A stretch of DNA of 7,342 bases from an archaeon (GCA_035390665.1 DAOOUC010000015.1:1-7342), one strand, 5' to 3'; positions 1 to 4,900 are shown, counted from the first letter of the stretch. Numbers and translations are program-made. Notes: generated by a model from the sequence alone, not told the origin.

Positions 1-705
1 CAGACATCAACTTATGTTTATGACACAGGTGCAGCTCCAGAAAATTTAATTGTTGGTTTTATATTTCAAGGAATAGATAGTAATGCAACAATAGATAATG
101 ATCAAAATCTAGTAAGTATAAGAATACCATTTGGAATAAATAGAGCAAATTTAATTCCAATAATTGAAGTAGAAGAAGGTTGTAGTATATATCCAGAAAG
201 TGGTATTTCTCAAAATTTTAATGTGCCTGTAACTTATACAGTAAGTTCAATAACAGGGCAAAGACTTTATACAGTTATAGTAACAAACAATCCACGCGTA
301 TTTGCTCCAATTGCAAGTGTTTCTGGAGGCAATTATAATTTACCAATAACTGTTGAGTTATCAACTCAAACACCTGGAGCAATAATTAAGTACACAACAA
401 ATGGTTCTTTTCCAACATTATCTAGTAATACTTATAATAATCCAATAACAATCAATTCTACAACGATTCTAAAAGCAAAAACTTACCTTTATGTTGGTCC
501 ACTATTGAGTTCAAGTAATTCTTCAAGAGGAAACTCTAGTCCAAAGAACATACAAAATATAGTCCCTGCCCCTTTGGTGTGGTTAAGCAGTAGTGTGTTA
601 ACAGAAGAATATATTTTTCCAAGAAAAACACCAAGTAAAAACAAACACGAAGTAATAACAAAAGAAAAAGAAAAAAAGGAGTTCACACAGAACAGTGAAA
701 AGTAA
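1..705 (+). CDS. Secreted/cell-surface multi-domain protein, C-terminal 234 aa (5' end lies upstream of the window)
   Basis: Frame 1 has no stop from nt 1 to the TAA at 703-705, so the GTG at 223 used by the ORF track is not a required start. Translation of 1-222 reads QTSTYVYDTGAAPENLIVGFIFQGIDSNATIDNDQNLVSIRIPFGINRANLIPIIEVEEGCSIYPESGISQNFN and continues VPVTYTVSSITGQRLYTVIVT. This follows the 'IxF..ID...IxVxVPxG....LxP.I.V..G..I.P.SG...F..PVxYTV....G....YTVxV' pattern typical of beta-sandwich modules in cell-surface proteins. Nt 325-618 (GGNYNLPITVELSTQTPGAIIKYTTNGSFPTLSSNTYNNPITINSTTILKAKTY...SSSVLTEEYIF) matches my recollection of the chitobiase/beta-hexosaminidase C-terminal (Fn3-associated) domain consensus. 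The protein ends in a Lys/Glu-rich tail with no TM segment. Confidence 0.8.
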   Translation, partial: QTSTYVYDTGAAPENLIVGFIFQGIDSNATIDNDQNLVSIRIPFGINRANLIPIIEVEEGCSIYPESGISQNFNVPVTYTVSSITGQRLYTVIVTNNPRVFAPIASVSGGNYNLPITVELSTQTPGAIIKYTTNGSFPTLSSNTYNNPITINSTTILKAKTYLYVGPLLSSSNSSRGNSSPKNIQNIVPAPLVWLSSSVLTEEYIFPRKTPSKNKHEVITKEKEKKEFTQNSEK

Positions 706-713
706 CTGTTGTA

Positions 714-721
714 TTTATAAA
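714..721 (+). promoter_or_regulatory. Candidate archaeal TATA box (TTTATAAA) for the 773-4899 gene cluster
   Basis: TTTATAAA lies in the 67-bp spacer, about 52 nt upstream of ATG 773. A start about 25 nt downstream would leave a short leader containing the AGGTG Shine-Dalgarno at 761-765. AT-rich background makes chance matches likely. Confidence 0.3.
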
Positions 722-772
722 GATTATGATGTATAATTTTCAATAAATAGTATTTTTAAAAGGTGCAAATAG

Positions 773-874
773 ATGTTAACTTCAAAAAAAAAAGGACAGA
801 TTTCTGTTGAAGCTTTAATAATTGTTGGAGTTTTAGTTATTGGAGGAATAATATTTGCGTCTGTTTTTTTAGGA
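773..874 (+). other. Class III (prepilin-type) signal peptide plus hydrophobic pilin N-terminal helix; predicted prepilin-peptidase cleavage between Gly8 and Gln9 (nt 796/797)
   Basis: KKKG|QISVEALII followed by an uninterrupted hydrophobic stretch to Gly34. Compare the SKKGQI(S/A)xE N-termini of EppA-processed Methanococcus pilins (from memory). Confidence 0.75.
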
Positions 875-2458
875 AATATTAATAATCAAACAAAGAAAGC
901 AAACGAATTATCAGGAATTACTGATGATTTTATGAATGATTTAGAGGGATGGAATACTCCAGGTCCAGGTCCTGGTCCAGGAGGAAGTAATTGTGGCAAT
1001 CACGTTTGTGAAAACCCCCCAGAGAATCAAAGTAATTGTTCTGATTGTGAAATACCATCTGATGGTTGTAATGATAATGGCTATTGTGAACCGGAATTAG
1101 GAGAAACTGCTGCAAATTGTGATGATTGTCAAAGTCCAACATTTAGTAATTTTGTTATAAGTAAATATGCACCAACAGGAGATTCCCCAGTTAATTCTAA
1201 ATTTAGTTTAAAAGCAGAAATAACGTCTAGTTATCCTTCTGTAGAAATTTATGATATTAAATTAACTAAATTTGATCCAATTTCATATTCTTGGAGTAAT
1301 TCAAATAAATGTGCAATAAAAGGAACGGCTCCAGATGCAGGAACAGGAATATATCCAGGGACATTATTAATGACAATAGAAGATGTTTCTTTAAAAAATC
1401 ACGGAAAAATTATTGATGAAATCAGTTGTAGTGAAGAAGGAGAATACAGATTTTCAGCATTGGCTAGACCAAAAGGAGTTACAGGAGTGCCTTCTTTATC
1501 AGATGATGAAGCAAAAATTATAACATCAGCACCAGTGGGATGCGGAAATCCAGCAATTTGTGAATCTGGAGAAACCTGTGCAACATGTACAGAATGTTGT
1601 ACCATACCAGGAACATCTTTTGGAGTTTTAATTTCTTCTCCAACAGATCAAAAATATTATAATAATACAGATAATATTAATTTTATTGCAATAACAGCAC
1701 CAGAATTAAAACCTGGAGAAACCGATAGTTGTGTATGGTATGTTAATGAAAAAATAGAGATTCCTTTAACCGGGCAACAAAATAGTTGTTCATTATCACA
1801 AGTTTCTTTATCAGATACTTCTGTCTTTTCAGAAGGATTAAATAAAATTACAGTATATGCTCAAAGAAGTACAACTGCAGGAAAAAAATTAGAAGCTAAC
1901 GCAAGTGTAGGAATATATATCTTAAAACCAATAAATCCAGGAACATTATATTTATTAACACCAAGAAATTTGCTTGTTGGAGAAAATTTTAATTTAATGG
2001 TTTATGGAACAAATCAAGGATCAGTTAATGCCCCAAGAAATATAAATAATTTTACATTTACAGGAAATAAATGTGTAGTAACTTCTTCAACACCAACTTG
2101 TGGAACAACAACAGTAAATGGAACTGATGTTTACTATTGTGATTATCCCGCAATTTGCTCACAGCCAGCATATTCACAAACAGGAGTACATAATCCTACA
2201 GAAATTACAGCCAGTATGACAGGCACAACAGAAACAGCTAAATTTTATTCAGAATATGATTTGTGGTTTGATTTTGGAAATTGTAGTGTGACTGCTACAA
2301 GTTATGGAAAAATGCATGCATGTTTATCATCCTCTAGTGGAATGGGATATAATAGCGATTATTGGAATAATTCTAGTGGATTATTAAAAGCAAATGTGGA
2401 TGTTTCATTTAATATGACAAAAAATATTAATGGTACTTTAAAAGTATATGTGGAATAA
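773..2458 (+). CDS. Large Cys-rich type IV pilin-like (class III signal peptide) surface protein, putative pilus-associated adhesin
   Basis: The ORF is 561 aa. ATG 773 is preceded by AGGTG (761-765) with a 7-nt spacer. The N-terminus MLTSKKKG|QISVEALIIVGVLVIGGIIFASVFLG has a basic n-region, Gly at -1, Gln +1, Ser +3, Glu +5 and about 25 hydrophobic residues. This fits the QxSxExxx(L/I) archaeal class III signal peptide motif (DUF361-type pilins; Szabo et al. 2007). A (PG)4 linker follows, then three short Cys modules, then beta-rich S/T/N-rich sequence with many N-x-S/T sequons. There are 24 Cys in total and no enzymatic motif. Confidence 0.88.
   Translation: MLTSKKKGQISVEALIIVGVLVIGGIIFASVFLGNINNQTKKANELSGITDDFMNDLEGWNTPGPGPGPGGSNCGNHVCENPPENQSNCSDCEIPSDGCNDNGYCEPELGETAANCDDCQSPTFSNFVISKYAPTGDSPVNSKFSLKAEITSSYPSVEIYDIKLTKFDPISYSWSNSNKCAIKGTAPDAGTGIYPGTLLMTIEDVSLKNHGKIIDEISCSEEGEYRFSALARPKGVTGVPSLSDDEAKIITSAPVGCGNPAICESGETCATCTECCTIPGTSFGVLISSPTDQKYYNNTDNINFIAITAPELKPGETDSCVWYVNEKIEIPLTGQQNSCSLSQVSLSDTSVFSEGLNKITVYAQRSTTAGKKLEANASVGIYILKPINPGTLYLLTPRNLLVGENFNLMVYGTNQGSVNAPRNINNFTFTGNKCVVTSSTPTCGTTTVNGTDVYYCDYPAICSQPAYSQTGVHNPTEITASMTGTTETAKFYSEYDLWFDFGNCSVTATSYGKMHACLSSSSGMGYNSDYWNNSSGLLKANVDVSFNMTKNINGTLKVYVE
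959..985 (+). repeat. Hexanucleotide microsatellite CCAGGT CCAGGT CCTGGT CCAGGA GGA encoding the PGPGPGPGG linker
   Basis: Direct reading of 959-985. It is a locally G+C-rich patch containing four CCWGG sites, placed immediately after the pilin-like N-terminal segment. Confidence 0.9.
992..1129 (+). other. Two tandem 4-Cys mini-modules (C-x4/5-C-E-x8/9-C-x2-C)
   Basis: The two modules read CGNHVCENPPENQSNCSDC (C74,C79,C89,C92) and CNDNGYCEPELGETAANCDDC (C99,C105,C116,C119). Both are acidic, with the same Cys spacing pattern. Confidence 0.8.
1541..1600 (+). other. Third, related Cys module (6 Cys)
   Basis: CGNPAICESGETCATCTECC (C257,C263,C269,C272,C275,C276) shares the CGN-x2/3-C-E start and the C-x2-C end with modules I and II. 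It separates two beta-rich regions. Confidence 0.7.
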
Positions 2459-2483
2459 ATAAAAATGGGAGAAAGGAAAAAAT

Positions 2484-2558
2484 ATGAATAAAATAAATTT
2501 GTCAAAGATTTTTTTAATATTAGCGATAGCTATTATTTCATTAAATTTAGTATTTGCA
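2484..2558 (+). other. Sec-type signal peptide (predicted cleavage after VFA, residue 25)
   Basis: MNKINLSKIFLILAIAIISLNLVFA|GS has a basic n-region (K3, K8), a 15-aa hydrophobic core and small residues at -1/-3. There is no Cys lipobox and no G|Q prepilin motif. Confidence 0.7.
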
Positions 2559-4559
2559 GGAAGTATGGCTAAACGTTATAGAATAAGTGGTGATTTAATA
2601 ATTAGTAACAACCTAGATTATGCTTGTCAAAATGGAGGAGATTGGACTTCTGGATCAACTATAGAAGAGAATGAATATGAGAGCGGCACAGGGATAGAAT
2701 TATCTAATGTTAAATTAAATGAGTTTTTTGACAAATTATTTTTTGTCGCGACTCCTGCATCCACATGTAGTTTAGAAATTTGGTCTCCATCTGGAGTAAA
2801 GGTTTATGAAAGATCAGGATTAAATGCAAATGCTATAAAAACAGGTTTAAATGAAGGAATTGTTTTACAAAATGTTGTTGTGGACACAAATTCAACTAAT
2901 ATAACCTTAAATTTTGCTGTAAAAATTAAACATGCAACAGCAGGATATTTATTAGAAACAACAGTAAAAGTACCAAATATTAATAATCAATTATTCATTA
3001 ATGCAGATAATGTAATTGCTACAATAAGTGAAACAGAAAGTGGATTTGATGCAGGCGCAAAACCTGTTTTAATGTTAGAAAAAAGAGAGAATGATGGGCA
3101 GTTTTATTATTTGCCTGTTTGGAGAAGAATAAATACCTATAATATTGCATCTGGGGGAGTAATTCCACAAAATGATTTATCAATTGTTGATAGAAATATG
3201 ACCGGGAAAGATAGTTGGGTTTTATCATGGGATGCCGGTGCAGGTAAAATGAAATGGACAAATGAGATTACAACAAGCATTATTAAAGATGGCACACTAT
3301 TACCTCAAGATTTTAATCCAAATGCAGTTTTTTCAAAAATTGGGGGTACAGTAGTTACTGAGACCGTAGGATCATTTATAACAGGTAGTAATAAATATTT
3401 AAAATTTACACACGACGGAATAGATTATTATTTAAAATTAGAACAAAAGCCAGCTACAGCTAGTTCAATGGAAGTAGGAAGTAATGGTTCTGTAATTGCG
3501 GGTAATACTTATACTAGGACTGCACAAATTAATGCAGTTACTGGTTTAACTTGGGGATTTCCATCAGGAATTACAATCCAATCAGGGCAAGGAACAGCGA
3601 CAGCTACATTTTTAGCCACAGGAATAGGCGCAAAAACAATTACTTTAAATGGGACAACAAATACAGGTTCGCCAATATCTGATTCTTTTACTTTAAATGT
3701 TTCAGACTCAACAAATTTAGAGGTTGGTGGCGACATGACTGTTTCCTTTTCAAGTGGTAGTAGTAATAGTTTTGAAAGAGAAATTGTAGCAACTGGAGTA
3801 AATCAAAGTACAATTAATTGGGAAGTTCTTCCTTCAGGAACAGGAGTTACAATTAATGATGTGTCTCCTGCATCTAATTTAAAAAAGAGAATTACAGTAT
3901 CAACTTACGGAACACGCACAATAAAAATTACTGGAATTTCAGTCTATAGCGGACAAGTTGTAACAGATTCATTTATTTTAACTGCGGCTCAATCTGGAGG
4001 AAGTAATCCACCACCAGGCCCACCAGGAGGAGGAATAAATTGTTTCAAGTCAGGAACACCAGTTTTAACATCTACAGGATATAAACCAATAGAATCAATA
4101 AAACAAGGAGATTTAGTTTATTCTTTAGATGAAAAAACAAATAAAATTGTTTTAACAAAAGTAAATAAATTATTAGTGCATGATACAATATCTTTTGCTC
4201 CAACAATTAAGTTAAAATTAAATAATAATGTAGAATTAATTGTTACAACAAACCATGCATTTTATGATCCTATAGCCAAAGGATATAAGCAATTAAGATT
4301 CTTTACAATAGGAGATAAACTGTTGTATTATAATGGAACAAAAAATACAGAAGTAGAAATCACAAGTATGGAAAAACAAGATGATTTATTAGTTTCATAT
4401 AATTTATCATTAGAATATCCAAATAATTATTTCGTAAATGGTATATTAGTTCATAATGATATAAAAGGTGGAGCTGATATTAATCCAACACCTGGCGGTT
4501 GTTATCAAGAAGGCCCTGGAGGGGTATTGTATTGGTACGATAGTTGTCAAGGAATATAA
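2484..4559 (+). CDS. Secreted surface protein with tandem Ig-like modules and a C-terminal Hint (intein-like) autoprocessing domain
   Basis: The ORF is 691 aa and starts 25 nt after the previous stop, with GGGAG/AAGGA purine-rich SD-like sequence upstream. It has an N-terminal Sec-type signal peptide, an unassigned region of about 300 aa, two homologous modules of about 85-95 aa, the linker GGSNPPPGPPGGG, a Hint domain (residues 520-658) and a 33-aa tail. No TM segment or known anchor motif follows the signal peptide. Confidence 0.92.
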   Translation: MNKINLSKIFLILAIAIISLNLVFAGSMAKRYRISGDLIISNNLDYACQNGGDWTSGSTIEENEYESGTGIELSNVKLNEFFDKLFFVATPASTCSLEIWSPSGVKVYERSGLNANAIKTGLNEGIVLQNVVVDTNSTNITLNFAVKIKHATAGYLLETTVKVPNINNQLFINADNVIATISETESGFDAGAKPVLMLEKRENDGQFYYLPVWRRINTYNIASGGVIPQNDLSIVDRNMTGKDSWVLSWDAGAGKMKWTNEITTSIIKDGTLLPQDFNPNAVFSKIGGTVVTETVGSFITGSNKYLKFTHDGIDYYLKLEQKPATASSMEVGSNGSVIAGNTYTRTAQINAVTGLTWGFPSGITIQSGQGTATATFLATGIGAKTITLNGTTNTGSPISDSFTLNVSDSTNLEVGGDMTVSFSSGSSNSFEREIVATGVNQSTINWEVLPSGTGVTINDVSPASNLKKRITVSTYGTRTIKITGISVYSGQVVTDSFILTAAQSGGSNPPPGPPGGGINCFKSGTPVLTSTGYKPIESIKQGDLVYSLDEKTNKIVLTKVNKLLVHDTISFAPTIKLKLNNNVELIVTTNHAFYDPIAKGYKQLRFFTIGDKLLYYNGTKNTEVEITSMEKQDDLLVSYNLSLEYPNNYFVNGILVHNDIKGGADINPTPGGCYQEGPGGVLYWYDSCQGI
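3462..3986 (+). repeat. Two tandem, divergent Ig-like (Big_2-like) modules at protein level (about residues 327-407 and 408-501)
   Basis: The two modules align by eye: MEVG/LEVG; LTWGFPSGITIQSG versus INWEVLPSGTGVTINDV; ATFLATGIGAKTITLNGTTNTGSPISDSFTLNV versus RITVSTYGTRTIKITGISVYSGQVVTDSFILTA. The nucleotide sequences are not repeated, so the duplication is ancient. Confidence 0.65.
4041..4457 (+). other. Hint domain (mini-intein-sized, BIL / pre-toxin-HINT-like), residues Cys520-Asn658
   Basis: Block A is CFKSGTPVLTSTGYKPIESIKQGDLV. Block B is LIVTTNHAF (T588-x-x-H591). Block F is DLLVSYNLSLEYPNNYFVNG. Block G is ILVHN (H657-N658). The +1 residue is Asp659, which is not Cys/Ser/Thr. At 139 aa there is no room for a homing-endonuclease insert. 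Confidence 0.85.
4458..4556 (+). other. 33-aa C-terminal tail downstream of the Hint domain (potentially released peptide)
   Basis: DIKGGADINPTPGGCYQEGPGGVLYWYDSCQGI is Gly/Pro-rich, has two Cys (C673, C688; C-x14-C) and an aromatic patch, VLYWY. Confidence 0.6.
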
Positions 4560-4566
4560 AATGAAA

Positions 4567-4583
4567 TTTCTTTTTTTCTTTTT
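4567..4583 (+). terminator. Oligo-T tract (TTTCTTTTTTTCTTTTT), possible partial archaeal terminator/attenuator between the Hint gene and the small gene
   Basis: There is a run of seven T (4571-4577) plus five T (4579-4583), starting 8 nt after the stop codon. Archaeal termination commonly occurs at oligo-T. However, the next gene starts only 23 nt later with a strong SD, so read-through is likely. Confidence 0.3.
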
Positions 4584-4605
4584 ATATATATAGGAGGGAG
4601 ATATT

Positions 4606-4899
4606 GTGAAAAATGATAATAAAACAAAAATTTTGTATCTGACATTAGGAATTATAATTGGTGTAGCTTTAACTATGCTTTTTCAAATTACAATATTAGG
4701 AAATGCGAATAAGTCAATAGTAAAAAAAGTAAATACAATTAATTATTATGGATTAGCGGAAGATTGTTTAAATGGTGGAGGAACCGCAATTACAAATCCA
4801 AATGCGCATTATGGAGATGACGGAGTAACATATTATCCAAATGGGTCATTTACATGCAGCGTAAATGGAACTTCCACTACTGTTCCATTACCAGTATAA
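4606..4899 (+). CDS. Small N-terminally membrane-anchored extracytoplasmic protein, two Cys, unknown function
   Basis: The ORF is 97 aa. GTG 4606 is preceded by a strong SD, AGGAGGGAG (4592-4600). MKNDNKTK is followed by the hydrophobic segment ILYLTLGIIIGVALTMLFQITILG (signal anchor; no G|Q/A prepilin site and no AxA site). A 65-aa Gly/Asn/Thr-rich ectodomain follows, with C54 and C84. Confidence 0.7.
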   Translation: MKNDNKTKILYLTLGIIIGVALTMLFQITILGNANKSIVKKVNTINYYGLAEDCLNGGGTAITNPNAHYGDDGVTYYPNGSFTCSVNGTSTTVPLPV

Positions 4900-4900
4900 A

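Noticed and set aside
223-225. GTG at 223 as the start of the first gene (as in the ORF track)
   Set aside because: The same frame is open back to nt 1, and the upstream translation continues a recognisable beta-sandwich module across nt 223. The gene is therefore 5'-truncated by the window rather than starting here.
489-743. 84-aa minus-strand ORF with hydrophobic, Phe-rich sequence that looks like a membrane peptide
   Set aside because: It lies antisense to the Lys-rich (AAA/GAA) end of the 1-705 CDS, so the Phe/Ser/Leu richness is a mirror artefact. It has no SD or promoter context, and the + strand frame has clear domain homology.
930-1605. Minus-strand ORFs 930-1142 (70 aa) and 1399-1605 (68 aa)
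   Set aside because: Both are fully embedded antisense in the 561-aa CDS. They have low-complexity His/Asn/Gln or Ser-rich translations, no start context and no recognisable motifs.
773-2458. Archaellin (archaeal flagellin) interpretation of the class III signal-peptide protein
   Set aside because: Archaellins are about 200-aa proteins with a conserved N-terminal domain after the signal. Here a G|Q-x-S-x-E pilin-type motif is followed by a linker and Cys-rich modules, and no arl/fla accessory genes are present in the window.
3019-3736. Minus-strand ORFs 3019-3261 (80 aa) and 3509-3736 (75 aa)
   Set aside because: Both are embedded antisense in the 691-aa CDS. Stop-poor antisense frames are expected in AT-rich coding sequence, and there is no supporting signal.
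4041-4457. Canonical mobile (selfish) intein
   Set aside because: The +1 residue is Asp, not Cys/Ser/Thr. There is no homing-endonuclease domain. The host is a variable secreted protein rather than a conserved enzyme active site, and the domain sits at a linker 33 aa from the C-terminus. A BIL or pre-toxin-HINT-type autoprocessing domain fits better.
4584-4592. ATATATATA upstream of the small gene as its TATA-box promoter
   Set aside because: It lies only about 15-20 nt before GTG 4606 and overlaps the position needed for the strong SD (4592-4600). A transcript starting about 25 nt downstream would begin inside the CDS. It is more likely an AT-rich spacer within a polycistronic mRNA.
2465-4593. 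Mini-ORFs in spacers (ATG 2465, 8 codons; ATG 4561, 10 codons MKFLFFFLYI)
   Set aside because: They are too short, out of frame with neighbours, composed of spacer low-complexity sequence, and lack their own ribosome-binding context.
1-4899. Diversity-generating retroelement, toxin-antitoxin, restriction-modification or other defence system
   Set aside because: There are no reverse transcriptase, nuclease, ATPase, methyltransferase or helicase motifs in any frame. No template/variable nucleotide repeat pair was found by eye; the only repeats are protein-level Ig-like modules and short microsatellites.
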